From an uncultured Muribaculaceae bacterium (GTDB taxonomy: Bacteria > Bacteroidota > Bacteroidia > Bacteroidales > Muribaculaceae): a stretch of 64,000 nucleotides of DNA. The notes under the pieces are model-generated. The model saw only the letters and a list, made by a program, of their open reading frames with translations. It ran no database searches and had not been told where the DNA came from. Position 1 is the stretch's first letter. Every line of letters begins with the position of its first letter. This document shows positions 19,210 to 29,591 of this stretch, piece after piece. Location of the stretch: NCBI GenBank assembly GCA_905233915.1, contig CAJOFM010000006.1, positions 16,873 to 80,872 on the forward strand, in the 5' to 3' direction. A program made the position numbers and the translations under genes.

Positions 19210-21207
19210 TTACTCGGCGGTGGGTTGGAATTTGTCGGGAGCGGGAGAAGTGCCTACGGACTCTATCTCGCGGTCGATGGCCTCGAACTTGCTCTGCTGG
19301 CTCTTATACTCGGGCACAAAGACCTTCATGGCATAGACCATGTCATGAACATTTCCATCAGCTGCCAGCTTGATAATCTTATCGATATTGTGGCACACCT
19401 CATCATAGTCATAGGTCTTGACCTTGGCAATCATGATCTTCTTGTTGACGGTTGCCGTGGTCTTTTCCTTGTCGTTGAGCAGTTCCTCATAGAGTTTCTC
19501 TCCGGGGCGCAGGCCCACCTCTTCAATCTTGATATCCACATCGGGTTTGAGGCCGGCAAGTGATATCATGCGGCGTGCCATGTCGTAAATCTTAACCGGC
19601 TCACCCATGTCAAAGATGTAAATCTCACCGCCGCTACCCATACAACCGGCCTCAAGGACAAGCGAGCAAGCCTCGGGGATGGTCATGAAGTAGCGGATGA
19701 TCTCCTTGTGCGTTACGGTGACAGGGCCACCGGCAGCAATCTGGCGACGGAACAGCGGAATCACCGATCCGTTACTGCCCAAAACGTTACCAAAGCGCGT
19801 GGTGATAAACTGCGTCTTCTTGCCCTCGCTCTGGGCCTTGCGGAAGAGTGATTGACAATAAATCTCGGCCAAGCGCTTGGTACAACCCATGATATTGGTG
19901 GGGTTGACCGCCTTATCGGTTGAGATCATGACGAACTTATAAACGCCATATTTCAAGGCCACGTCGGCCACGTTGCGGGTACCCATCACGTTGGCAAGAA
20001 TGGCCTCGGTGGGGTTAATCTCCATCATGGGCACATGCTTGTAGGCAGCAGCATGGAAGACGTAGCAGGGATGGAACTTGGCGAAAGCCTCCTCGAGACG
20101 TTCCCGGTTGCGCACATCACCCATAAAGAGTTCAATATCGGCATCGGGATACGACTTGCGAATCTCGATAGACACATCATGCATGGGGGTTTCGGCCTGG
20201 TCGAACAAGACAATCTTGCTGGCGCCATAGTTAGCCACCTGACGAACAATCTCGCTACCAATTGAGCCACAAGCACCGGTAATGAGCACACAACTGCCAT
20301 TGATGTGCTTCTTTACCAAGGGGTTGTCGAGCACGATGGGGTCACGGCCAAGCAGGTCCTCGATCTGCACCTCCTTGATGAAGGTGGAGATGTTCTTGTT
20401 GGACTCCTTGTCCTGCTCAAACTCTGCCACCCTGTTCATGGCCAGCAAGGGCAGGTCATTCTTGATGAAATAATCGGCAAAGCCGCTGCGCATCAAGTTA
20501 TTGCTCTTGGCGTCAAAAATCAGGGCTGAGATATTCTTCTCGGCAAACAACTCGGTCATCTTGGACGGGTCAAAACGATAGACCTTAAAGCCGTTAATTT
20601 CAGTATTCTCCGGTCCGGCCTTGATGCTCAACAGGCCCACTGGCAGGTATTTGCCGCCAATCTCGCCCTTGAGTGCGTTGGCCAGGAACACCGAGTTGAA
20701 CGAGGTGCCAAGCACAAGCACGCGTTTACGGCCCTCGGTGGCACTGTTCATGCGCATATACAGGTACTTGATGCACAAGCGTTCGATCATCATGATTGAA
20801 AATGACAAGGCACCAATGACAAGCAAATTCCAATATTTGACAAACGAATGCCCCGTAAATCCCTGATAAACAGCGTTAATTCCTATAAGTAAAGTTGTAG
20901 CAATGGCTACAGCCATAAAGATGCGATACAAGTCCTCAATCACCGACAAGCGGATGACACAAGTATAGGTCTTGGAGATAAAGGTGACGAAGAAATACAC
21001 AAATAGCACAATACCACCCACTTGCAGCACGTGCATCGAGCCTGTGGGGTGTATCTGTGAGTAAGTATCGGCGAGTACCGTGCAGGCATAGCACACTAAT
21101 ACTATGACCATATCAAGTAATAGAATAATCCAGCGTGGTGTGGTTCTCACCTTGAAAGACCTGAACATCTTCAGATCCAATATCTTATCTATAAGTCTTG
21201 TAATCAT
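19210..21207 (-). CDS. CapD/WbpM-like nucleoside-diphosphate-sugar dehydratase (polysaccharide biosynthesis protein)
   Basis: Four N-terminal TMs; LITGACGSIGSEI, FHAAAYKHVP, ISTDKAVNPTNIMG.TKR, RFGNVLGSNGSVIP, GLRPGEKLYEEL. Start moved to the second Met. Confidence 0.93.
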   Translation of the reverse strand: MITRLIDKILDLKMFRSFKVRTTPRWIILLLDMVIVLVCYACTVLADTYSQIHPTGSMHVLQVGGIVLFVYFFVTFISKTYTCVIRLSVIEDLYRIFMAVAIATTLLIGINAVYQGFTGHSFVKYWNLLVIGALSFSIMMIERLCIKYLYMRMNSATEGRKRVLVLGTSFNSVFLANALKGEIGGKYLPVGLLSIKAGPENTEINGFKVYRFDPSKMTELFAEKNISALIFDAKSNNLMRSGFADYFIKNDLPLLAMNRVAEFEQDKESNKNISTFIKEVQIEDLLGRDPIVLDNPLVKKHINGSCVLITGACGSIGSEIVRQVANYGASKIVLFDQAETPMHDVSIEIRKSYPDADIELFMGDVRNRERLEEAFAKFHPCYVFHAAAYKHVPMMEINPTEAILANVMGTRNVADVALKYGVYKFVMISTDKAVNPTNIMGCTKRLAEIYCQSLFRKAQSEGKKTQFITTRFGNVLGSNGSVIPLFRRQIAAGGPVTVTHKEIIRYFMTIPEACSLVLEAGCMGSGGEIYIFDMGEPVKIYDMARRMISLAGLKPDVDIKIEEVGLRPGEKLYEELLNDKEKTTATVNKKIMIAKVKTYDYDEVCHNIDKIIKLAADGNVHDMVYAMKVFVPEYKSQQSKFEAIDREIESVGTSPAPDKFQPTAE

Positions 21208-21307
21208 ATATTTACAAACGGTTACATGTACCCTAACGAGTTGACGGTTACTCATCCATCATCTGGAGAATAGGGTTTATCATGTTTCACCTCTTCATTA
21301 GAGCCTA

Positions 21308-21376
21308 CAAAATTAGCTATTTTATCCCAACAAACAACAATAAACTTTGTTTTTTCCTTACTTTGGATTAATTTTG
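21308..21376. promoter_or_regulatory. Divergent Bacteroidetes promoters (capD-like / GAF-rarA)
   Basis: Minus strand TAATTTTG at 21308-21315; plus strand TTTG(21346)-N19-TAATTTTG(21369). Confidence 0.7.
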
Positions 21377-21381
21377 CAGGC

Positions 21382-21846
21382 ATGGACAAGACAGCAACTT
21401 ACCAATTACTATTAAAGCAGGTCGAGAGCCTCATCGAGGGAGAGAATAACCCTGTTGGGCAACTCGCCAATACCGCCGCCATCCTCCAGGAGACCATGGG
21501 CTGGTGGTGGACAGGGTTTTACCTCGTCAATGATGACACATTGCAATTGGGACCGTTCCAGGGTCCGGTGGCATGCTACAATATCAAGTGTGGCCGCGGC
21601 GTGTGCGGCACGGCATGGCAGGAGAATCGTACCATCGTTGTTCCCGATGTGGAGCAATTTCCAGGGCACATTGCCTGCAGCAGCCAGTCACGCAGCGAGA
21701 TTGTCGTCCCCCTGCGCGGCGCTGATGGCGAGGTCATCGGCGTGCTTGACATCGACAGCAAGGACTTAGCCACCTTTGACGAAGTGGACGCCCACTGGCT
21801 GGAACAAATCGCCCGCGTCATTGAGAAACACGCCCTTAACAAGTAA
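21382..21846 (+). CDS. GAF-domain protein, free methionine-R-sulfoxide reductase (MsrC/YebR-like)
   Basis: WTGFYL, LGPFQGPVAC, GRGVCG, VPDVEQFPGHIAC, SEIVVP, GVLDIDS. Confidence 0.9.
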   Translation: MDKTATYQLLLKQVESLIEGENNPVGQLANTAAILQETMGWWWTGFYLVNDDTLQLGPFQGPVACYNIKCGRGVCGTAWQENRTIVVPDVEQFPGHIACSSQSRSEIVVPLRGADGEVIGVLDIDSKDLATFDEVDAHWLEQIARVIEKHALNK

Positions 21847-21851
21847 CTGAA

Positions 21852-23153
21852 ATGGCTTACGAACCTCTTGCCGAACGATTAAGGCCCCGCACGCTCGATG
21901 ACTACATCGGCCAACGCCACCTGGTGGGCGAGGGCGCGGTGATACGCCGCATGATTGAGAGCGGCAACATCTCTTCCTTCATCCTGTGGGGACCGCCGGG
22001 TGTGGGCAAGACCACGCTGGCCCGCATCATCGCCGAGCAGACTCAGGTGCCGTTCTACACATTGAGCGCGGTAACCTCGGGCGTGAAGGACGTGCGCGAG
22101 GTGCTCGACCGTTGTCAAGCCGATGCCCGCAGTGTTTTCACCAAGGGCCGACCCATCCTGTTCATCGATGAGATCCACCGTTTCAACAAATCACAGCAGG
22201 ACTCCCTACTCGGCGCTGTGGAACGCGGAACGGTGACGCTTATCGGTGCGACGACCGAAAACCCGTCGTTTGAGGTCATCCGTCCCCTACTCTCCCGCGC
22301 CCAGGTCTATGTGCTCAATCCGCTCGACCGTGATGACCTGCTGCAACTGCTGGATCATGCCATCAAGACCGACAAGATGTTCCAAGGTCGCGAAGTGCGT
22401 GTTGAGCAGACCGAGGCCCTGTTGCGCTTCTCGGGTGGCGACGCGCGCAAACTTCTCAACATCCTCGACCTGATCATGCAGTCGTTGCACGATGGCGAGC
22501 CATTTGTCATCACCGACGACATCGTCACCGACCGTCTGCAGAAAAATCCGCTCGCGTTCGACAAGGACGGTGAGATGCACTACGATATCATTTCGGCTTT
22601 TATCAAGAGCATACGCGGCAGCGATCCCGACGCTGCAGTCTATTGGCTGGCAAGGCTTATCGCTGGCGGCGAGGATCCCAAATTCATCGCGCGCCGATTA
22701 TGCATCCTGGCAGCCGAGGACATCGGCCTCGCCAATCCCAATGCGTTGTTGCTGGCCAATGCCACGTTTGACATCATCAACAAAATCGGTTGGCCCGAGG
22801 GGCGCATCCCCTTGAGTGAATGCGCTATCTACCTGGCTACCAGCGCAAAGAGCAATAGCGCCTATCTTGCCATTGACGATGCTTTGGCACTAGTCAACCA
22901 GACAGGCAATGCACCCGTGCCGCTGCACCTGCGCAACGCCCCCACAGGACTGATGAAGCAATTGGGATATGGCAACGACTACAAGTATGCCCACGATTAC
23001 CCGGGCCATTTCGTTGTCGAGCAATATATGCCCGAGGAATTGAATCACCCGCAACTGTGGCACCCGCAGGACAACCCTGCCGAGAACCAGATGACGGCAC
23101 GCCAACAAAGCCGTTGGGGCAAAAACGCCGGGCACGGCCCAGAAAAAAAATAG
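21852..23153 (+). CDS. rarA: Replication-associated recombination protein A (MgsA family)
   Basis: PLAERLRP, ILWGPPGVGKTT, FIDEIHRFNKSQQD, GATTENPSF, ISAFIKSIRGSDPDAA, EDIGLA. Confidence 0.95.
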   Translation: MAYEPLAERLRPRTLDDYIGQRHLVGEGAVIRRMIESGNISSFILWGPPGVGKTTLARIIAEQTQVPFYTLSAVTSGVKDVREVLDRCQADARSVFTKGRPILFIDEIHRFNKSQQDSLLGAVERGTVTLIGATTENPSFEVIRPLLSRAQVYVLNPLDRDDLLQLLDHAIKTDKMFQGREVRVEQTEALLRFSGGDARKLLNILDLIMQSLHDGEPFVITDDIVTDRLQKNPLAFDKDGEMHYDIISAFIKSIRGSDPDAAVYWLARLIAGGEDPKFIARRLCILAAEDIGLANPNALLLANATFDIINKIGWPEGRIPLSECAIYLATSAKSNSAYLAIDDALALVNQTGNAPVPLHLRNAPTGLMKQLGYGNDYKYAHDYPGHFVVEQYMPEELNHPQLWHPQDNPAENQMTARQQSRWGKNAGHGPEKK

Positions 23154-23169
23154 TTAAAACGATTGGAAA

Positions 23170-26112
23170 TCAGTCGGCTGTGGTGTTGCGCGCTTCGGTG
23201 GGCGTCATGCCATAGTGCTGACGGAATACGCGCGAGAAATAAGCCACGTCCATAAAGCCGCACTGCTCGGCCACATCACCGATGCGCAAGTCGGGACGCG
23301 CCTTCAACAAGTGCATCGCACGCTCCATGCGCAACTGCACAATATAGGCCGCCATATTCTTTCCCGTTAACTGCTGTACACGACGGCGCAACTTGCTTTC
23401 ACCCATCTTGAGCGACAAGGCAATCTTGTCATAGTCGAGTTTGAAACCCACGGCCATCTGTTTATCGACTTCATGCTTGAACTTATCGAGGAACACGTCA
23501 CCATCGTCTTGATTATCACAGTATTTACTGGATTCAGTATCAGGTAGCGGCCTCTCTATGCCAGCCTCCTGACAAGCACGCACACAGTCTTCCAACTGCA
23601 CGCTGCGGCTCTCTAACAACCGCTGAACCCAAGCAAGCAATTCCTCGGGGACGAAGGGTTTGACCAGATAGGCGTCGGCACCCGCCTTAATGCCCTGGAC
23701 GCGGTAGGCATCGGCCGTGCGGGCACTGAGCAGGATGATTGGTATGCTTCTCAAGTCACTTGATGATCTCATCTGCCTACACAGCTCCAGGCCATCCATT
23801 TTGGGCATTTTCACATCGGTGATGACCACATCGGGCCGCTGCTGACGCATCTTTCTCAAAGCCTGCTCTCCGTCGCTAGCATAGATAACATTATAGTTGC
23901 CGTCCAGCACCCTACCCACGAGATGAGCCACGTCGGTGTGGTCCTCAACGACGAGTGCCACAGGTAAAGAGTTGTCCACCTGGTTATCAGACGTTAGGCC
24001 AGATTCATATTCCTGACGTCTTCTAGCCAACGCAGTAACAGGCTCTATCATGTATTCAATGCGCTTTTTCACACCTTCATCATGCCTCAATGGCAGGCTC
24101 ACGACGAAACAAGAGCCTTGACCTTTCACGCTGGTGGCTGACACCTCGCCGTCCATTGCCATAGCCATGTCTCGTGCTACCGTCAAACCGATGCCCACGC
24201 CATCCACCATGTGCTCAGCCATCGCTCCGCGGAAGAACGGTTCAAACACGTGTGGCAGGTCCTTCTCGGCAATACCCATGCCATTATCGTTCACTTTGAC
24301 AACAAAATGGTCTTTCTCAACAGATGAAATGACAGTGATTTTACTGAAATCATTGCTATAGGCAATTGCGTTCTCAAGGTAACTGCCAAGGATGGCTTTG
24401 AGATAAGGGGGAACCGTATCGATGGTAACACTGGCCTCGTTGGGTGTATAGGTCAGCTCGATGTGGCGCTCGGCGCAACGCTCGCGATACGTCTCGATCA
24501 CCATGCGCACAAAGGTAACAGCATCACCCGTACGCCATTCAGGCTGACGCAGGGCGCTGCGCACACTACCCACCTGCAGGATGCGGTCCACAAGCACAAG
24601 CAGGTTCTTACCCTGGCGCTCAATAATCTCAACATTCTTGCGTTGTTCAACATCATCAGTAGCATCTGCTGCCACAATTCTATCGGTGGCGCCCATGATA
24701 GCCGTCAAGGGAGTGCGCAATTGATGCACCACATTGGTAAAGAACAGGGAGCGCGTTTCTTCGACCTGACGCAGCTTGCGTTGAGTGCGGCTCCTCAATC
24801 GAATTGCATAGACCAGTGCGGCAATAATGGCACCAGCCATCAAGAACAAAAACAGAGCGAAGACAGCCATCATGTTACGCACCCGCTTCAAATGCGAGAT
24901 GTCCTGATTAAGGGTATTCATTTCGCCACTCTTGATGACGCTCTCATAATCGGTGCGCTGGCAGCGTATCTTCTCACTATTCTCCAAGCTATAGATGCTA
25001 TCTTCCAATTCCTCGCTCTTGACATAATAGTTCAACGCTTCATTGGCATTGCCCTCGAGCAAGGCCAAATCATAGTGAGCCATATAAGCTCTGGCAAGGT
25101 ATTCATTGTTGTTGATGCGACGGGCCTCGGTCTCGGCTTCCTGAAGGAAGTGCCGCGCATCGTCCTGCTCACCGAGCAGGATGTTCACGCTGGCTAACGA
25201 CAGGCACGCATCCAGCCAATGATAGCTTTCGCCCAACTCCTTGAGGGCTTCGTAGGCCAATTTGTATTCCTCGCGGGCATGAGAGAAATTGCGCTCGCTT
25301 TCCAGCAACTCGCCATAGTGAAGATGACAAACAGCCTCACCATCAGCATTTCCTGTTATCTGGTCCAATGCCTGAGCCTTACGATAATATACCCAGGCCG
25401 AGTCGGTTTCTCCCAAGGCAGACATTACATCTCCAAGCCTGGCATAGTTGATAGCCATACCCGATTGGCTACCCAGCTCCATCTCGCCTTGCAAAGCCAA
25501 TCGAAAGATGCTGTCGGCAATAGCATAATTGTACATCTCAAGCTCAATGACACCGACGCCGTTAAGAGTGACAACGCGGCTCTTTAATGCTTCGGAACTC
25601 GCATGATCACTATAAGTATCACTCAACTTGAGTGCATGGTAATGGTAACCGCCGGCTGCGCTCAAGTCACCCATGCGGCGGAAATCAGTACCGATGTTGT
25701 TCAGTGCCGCAATCATTTCTATCGTGTCGGCGGCATTAGTAGCCACATTCAGCCCGCGGGTGTGCGCCTTGACAGCATCGTCATATCGCGATAATTTGCG
25801 CAGACGCAAACCTAAACGCTTGAGGGCGAGCATCTCGCCAATGTGATCATCGGCTTTCTGGTATTGATTGGCCATGGCCACCAACGTGTCCACATCCTCA
25901 ATACCGTTCAGCAAGCTGTCCAACTGAAGATAGTGGGCATCGGCGCTGTGGCTAAGTGCCGGTGCCGAGCGATGACACGACATCAACACAGACAACAAGA
26001 CTGCAGCGGCAACTAAGACAGTAGCCACCCGCCGACAGGTATTAAAACAGGCCATTGGATTTTTCATCCCACAAGCAATCATTTTAAGATTAAACCGCAA
26101 ATATAAGGACAA
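23170..26112 (-). CDS. Hybrid two-component sensor/regulator (TPR sensor, HisKA, HATPase, receiver, AraC HTH); exact start uncertain
   Basis: TPR-like helical periplasmic part, one TM, HQLRTPLT, DNGMGI, GVGIGL, VVEDH/DVKMP/KPF, VAEQCGF.DVAYFSRVF. Confidence 0.9.
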   Translation of the reverse strand: MSLYLRFNLKMIACGMKNPMACFNTCRRVATVLVAAAVLLSVLMSCHRSAPALSHSADAHYLQLDSLLNGIEDVDTLVAMANQYQKADDHIGEMLALKRLGLRLRKLSRYDDAVKAHTRGLNVATNAADTIEMIAALNNIGTDFRRMGDLSAAGGYHYHALKLSDTYSDHASSEALKSRVVTLNGVGVIELEMYNYAIADSIFRLALQGEMELGSQSGMAINYARLGDVMSALGETDSAWVYYRKAQALDQITGNADGEAVCHLHYGELLESERNFSHAREEYKLAYEALKELGESYHWLDACLSLASVNILLGEQDDARHFLQEAETEARRINNNEYLARAYMAHYDLALLEGNANEALNYYVKSEELEDSIYSLENSEKIRCQRTDYESVIKSGEMNTLNQDISHLKRVRNMMAVFALFLFLMAGAIIAALVYAIRLRSRTQRKLRQVEETRSLFFTNVVHQLRTPLTAIMGATDRIVAADATDDVEQRKNVEIIERQGKNLLVLVDRILQVGSVRSALRQPEWRTGDAVTFVRMVIETYRERCAERHIELTYTPNEASVTIDTVPPYLKAILGSYLENAIAYSNDFSKITVISSVEKDHFVVKVNDNGMGIAEKDLPHVFEPFFRGAMAEHMVDGVGIGLTVARDMAMAMDGEVSATSVKGQGSCFVVSLPLRHDEGVKKRIEYMIEPVTALARRRQEYESGLTSDNQVDNSLPVALVVEDHTDVAHLVGRVLDGNYNVIYASDGEQALRKMRQQRPDVVITDVKMPKMDGLELCRQMRSSSDLRSIPIILLSARTADAYRVQGIKAGADAYLVKPFVPEELLAWVQRLLESRSVQLEDCVRACQEAGIERPLPDTESSKYCDNQDDGDVFLDKFKHEVDKQMAVGFKLDYDKIALSLKMGESKLRRRVQQLTGKNMAAYIVQLRMERAMHLLKARPDLRIGDVAEQCGFMDVAYFSRVFRQHYGMTPTEARNTTAD

Positions 26113-26227
26113 ATCTTGAATACCACGCTACAGTAGGGCATTTTTCTTTCATAAAAGACCTATAAAACAATTTTTATTCACAAGGAGGCGCTATATCGAT
26201 TAAAATGACTAACTTTGCCATTTGATT

Positions 26228-26770
26228 ATGGCGACAGAGACCAAGAGCATCTATCAGCGGGCTGGCGAATGGGGAATTCCGTTCGGCCTTTACATGGCGT
26301 GCACCGCCGTGGCATCCATCTTTGCCGACAAGTTCCCGCCACTGGCCTATGTTTTCATGATTTTGCTGGTGTGCACACCCATCGTGGTGTATAATTTCCA
26401 GCGGCGCAAGTTCATCGAGGATGGCGGTTTTGGCGAGCATTCATCCTTGTGGATGCTTGGCATCATGCTGTTCATCCTGGGTTCGGTCATCTCGGGTTTC
26501 ATCGTCTATCTCGTCCTGCAATACATCAGGCCTAACTACATGTATGAGCAGGGACAGGCCGCTATCGACGCCTACAGCAAAATCCCGCAGATGGCCAACA
26601 GCGACATGTTGCTCGTGCTGCGCCGCATGGTCAACGAGCGCCTCATGCCGTCAGCCATCGAGGTGGTGTTCGACGCCTTCTGGTTCATCGCCTTTGGCGG
26701 TTCGGTAGTAAGCGCCATCACGGCGATTTTTGCCCGTCGCTCTGTCAACAAGAGGGGCACCCCAAGTTAG
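26228..26770 (+). CDS. DUF4199-like membrane protein
   Basis: Four TM segments; directly upstream of the GT2/DUF6452/DUF6048 block; TAACTTTG promoter at 26210. Confidence 0.7.
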   Translation: MATETKSIYQRAGEWGIPFGLYMACTAVASIFADKFPPLAYVFMILLVCTPIVVYNFQRRKFIEDGGFGEHSSLWMLGIMLFILGSVISGFIVYLVLQYIRPNYMYEQGQAAIDAYSKIPQMANSDMLLVLRRMVNERLMPSAIEVVFDAFWFIAFGGSVVSAITAIFARRSVNKRGTPS

Positions 26771-26820
26771 ATTAAACGATTTTCACGATATAAAACGACA
26801 TATAACTCAATACAAGGAAA

Positions 26821-27864
26821 ATGGATATTTCAGTAGTAGTGCCATTATATAACGAGGCCGAGTCACTGCCCGAGTTGGCGCAGTGGATTGAGCGCGTGAT
26901 GCAGGAAAACGGCTTTGACTACGAGGTGCTGTTCATCAACGACGGCAGCACCGACGACTCGTGGCAGGTCATCAAGCAGCTGCACGAGCAGAACCCGCGC
27001 ATGAAAGGCGTCTCCTTCCGCCGCAACTACGGCAAGTCGCCGGCGCTCAACACAGGTTTTGAACGTGCCCAGGGCAATGTCATCATCACGATGGACGCCG
27101 ACCTGCAGGATAGTCCTGACGAGATTCCCGAACTCTACCGCATGATTACCAAGGATGGTTATGACCTGGTGAGTGGATGGAAAAAGAAACGCTACGACCC
27201 GCTGAGCAAGACAATTCCCACCAAGTTGTTCAATGCCACAGCACGCCGGGTGAGCGGTATCCACAACCTGCATGACTTCAACTGCGGCCTCAAGGCCTAT
27301 CGCCGCGAGGTGGTCAAGCACATCGAGGTCTATGGCGACATGCACCGCTATGTCCCCTATCTGGCCAAGAGTGCCGGTTTCACCCGCATCGGCGAGAAAG
27401 AGGTAAAACACCGGGCCCGCAAGTACGGCACCACCAAATTCGGCCTCGACCGCTTTGTCAACGGCTATCTGGACCTGCTGACGTTGTGGTTCCAGGCCAA
27501 GTTCGGTGTCAAGCCGATGCATTTCTTCGGCCTGTTAGGCAGCCTGATGTTCCTGCTTGGTTTCATTGCTGTAATTCTCGTGGGCGGGCTCAAGCTTTAC
27601 AATATGTACCACGGCAACCACTATACCTTGGTTACCAATTCGCCCTACTTCTACCTGGCATTGACGTCAATGCTCTTGGGTACCCAGCTGTTCCTCACAG
27701 GTTTTCTGGGCGAACTCATCATCCGCCACAGCAACGACCGCAACCACTACGAGATTGGTGACGAAATCACCGGTGACGCGCCTGCCATTGAGGCCCGCAA
27801 GAGCAAGCAGACCTTAACCGAAGAACTCAACGTCGAACAAACCGTTCCTGTCAAAACGAAATGA
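26821..27864 (+). CDS. Glycosyltransferase family 2 (ArnC/GtrB-like polyprenol-phosphate GT)
   Basis: ISVVVPLYNE, FINDGSTD, RNYGKS, TMDADLQD, HDFNCGLKAY, two C-terminal TMs. Confidence 0.93.
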   Translation: MDISVVVPLYNEAESLPELAQWIERVMQENGFDYEVLFINDGSTDDSWQVIKQLHEQNPRMKGVSFRRNYGKSPALNTGFERAQGNVIITMDADLQDSPDEIPELYRMITKDGYDLVSGWKKKRYDPLSKTIPTKLFNATARRVSGIHNLHDFNCGLKAYRREVVKHIEVYGDMHRYVPYLAKSAGFTRIGEKEVKHRARKYGTTKFGLDRFVNGYLDLLTLWFQAKFGVKPMHFFGLLGSLMFLLGFIAVILVGGLKLYNMYHGNHYTLVTNSPYFYLALTSMLLGTQLFLTGFLGELIIRHSNDRNHYEIGDEITGDAPAIEARKSKQTLTEELNVEQTVPVKTK

Positions 27865-28361
27865 CACGCTTGACCCACATAGCCAGCCTGTTCTCGCTGC
27901 TCGTTGTTCTGCTCCTAGGCACGGCATCTTGCGGCGATAACAGTTGCTATGACAACGGCAACAGCCTGCCGCTGGCCACATTCTATGTGGGCAACAGCCA
28001 ACAGACGGTGTCCGGACTGACCATCATGGGAATCGGCGTCCCTGGCGACAGTCTTCTTGCCGATTCCAGCAGTCTGAAGGAGATTTATCTGCCCTTGCGC
28101 ACCAGTGTCACAACCACAGCCTACAAGGTGTCACGATGGATCACTATCGGCGACACCAAGGCACAGACTATCGACACCATAACGTTTGATTATCAGCCCA
28201 TTGAGTTCTTCCACTCTATCGAGTGCGGAACGATGTTCAATTTCGATATCAAGCGTTTGACCTACACTACTAACGGCATCGACTCGGTCGTGCTGCTCAC
28301 GCCACTTGTCACCAACTCACCCACCCCTGCCCTGCGCATCCACTTCACCAATTTCAACTAA
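27861..28361 (+). CDS. DUF6452-like lipoprotein
   Basis: Lipobox GTASC; C..N.NSLP, LYLP-like motif, F.S.ECG; overlaps the GT2 stop codon. Confidence 0.7.
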   Translation: MTRLTHIASLFSLLVVLLLGTASCGDNSCYDNGNSLPLATFYVGNSQQTVSGLTIMGIGVPGDSLLADSSSLKEIYLPLRTSVTTTAYKVSRWITIGDTKAQTIDTITFDYQPIEFFHSIECGTMFNFDIKRLTYTTNGIDSVVLLTPLVTNSPTPALRIHFTNFN

Positions 28362-29248
28362 TGACACGCCGCCACACATATCCGCATGACATCATCAAAG
28401 GGACGCTTCTTTTGATGGTACTCTGCCTGTTCTTTGCCTTCAGCGGCATGGCGCAGGAACCCGACAAGCGGCATGTCACCCCCGTCAAGCCCGAGACCAA
28501 CCGCGTGCAGCCGCCGCCCAAGGGCACCGACGAGAAAGTTATCCAGCAATACATCAGCGGAGACAGCACCGCAGCCATTCAGGAAGCGCGCAAGGACTCG
28601 CTGCGCCGGGCTTACAAACGCTATCCCCGCCTGACCGATTTCACCGTGGGCATCAACCTGGCAGACCCCTTATTTATGGCCTTTGGACAGAGCTATGCCA
28701 GTGCCGACGTGAGCGCCACACTCAACATGTGGAACCGCCTGCAACCCACCATCGAGTTGGGTCTGGGTTGGGCCAAATCCACGCCCGACGACATGAACTT
28801 CATCTACCGTGGCAAGCCATCGCCTTACGTCAAGGTGGGAGCCAATTACAACTTCCTGTTCAAGAACAGTCCCTACTATCAGGTCTATGCAGGTATCAGG
28901 CTGGGTTACAGCACCTTTGGCTACGATATCGACGAGGCCCGTTACATCAATAGTTACTGGCAAGAAGACAAGGAATTCAGCATCAAGGGAGAGCATTCCC
29001 ATGCCCTGTGGGGTGAGGCAGGAATTGGCCTTAAGGTCAAGTTGTGGGACCGTCTGTCGATGGGATGGATGATCCGCTACCACGGCATCTTCAACTACGG
29101 CAAGAGCGATCACTCGAGGCCGTGGTTCATACCTGGTTACGGCCCTCGCAACAGTTCGCTGGGATTCTCGCTCGGCTTCTATTACACCCTGCCCTTACAT
29201 CGTGACAATGGCCGCGCCATCAACAATGACACCACTCCCACGCCATGA
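28361..29248 (+). CDS. DUF6048-like outer-membrane beta-barrel protein
   Basis: Signal peptide, alternating beta strands, PWFIPGYG near the C-terminus; conserved position in the operon. Confidence 0.7.
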   Translation: MTRRHTYPHDIIKGTLLLMVLCLFFAFSGMAQEPDKRHVTPVKPETNRVQPPPKGTDEKVIQQYISGDSTAAIQEARKDSLRRAYKRYPRLTDFTVGINLADPLFMAFGQSYASADVSATLNMWNRLQPTIELGLGWAKSTPDDMNFIYRGKPSPYVKVGANYNFLFKNSPYYQVYAGIRLGYSTFGYDIDEARYINSYWQEDKEFSIKGEHSHALWGEAGIGLKVKLWDRLSMGWMIRYHGIFNYGKSDHSRPWFIPGYGPRNSSLGFSLGFYYTLPLHRDNGRAINNDTTPTP

Positions 29249-29382
29249 TCAAGAAATCTTTTAAAATACCGCGTCCCGGCGGCCGCATCGCCCCCATCAG
29301 GCCCGCAACCCGTCCCGACTGGTACAAGCGTTTCCGCCAACTCGCCCAGCGCGCTGGCAAAACCTTCACGACCAAGCCCTGA
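29245..29382 (+). CDS. Putative 45-aa basic small protein (absent from the ORF track)
   Basis: ATGA overlap with the DUF6048 stop; MIKKSFKIPRPGGRIAPIRPATRPDWYKRFRQLAQRAGKTFTTKP; lies before the operon terminator. Confidence 0.4.
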   Translation: MIKKSFKIPRPGGRIAPIRPATRPDWYKRFRQLAQRAGKTFTTKP

Positions 29383-29462
29383 CGAGCACGCAGTCATCAT
29401 AGCATCATCTTTGCTTTTTTCACCGAGGTTCAGCGTTGATTCACCTCGGTATGTACCCTAAC

Positions 29463-29480
29463 AAGCCCTACGGGCTTTTT
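29463..29480 (+). terminator. Intrinsic terminator
   Basis: AAGCCC-tac-GGGCTT-TTT. Confidence 0.6.
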
Positions 29481-29560
29481 CAGTTGACACCGGCATCATA
29501 AAAATCATTTATCTGACGAGGGAATGTTAATAGTTTTTTAGGGCGATTTTTCAAAAAAAT

Positions 29561-29591
29561 TTTGTCAGTTCAAAAAAAGTTCGTAATATTG
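29561..29591 (+). promoter_or_regulatory. Bacteroidetes sigma promoter
   Basis: TTTG-N19-TAATATTG (one mismatch to TAnnTTTG). Confidence 0.55.

Noticed and set aside
19210-21207. Capsule locus around the CapD-like gene
   Set aside because: It stands alone between unrelated genes; solitary copies are ordinary in Bacteroidales.
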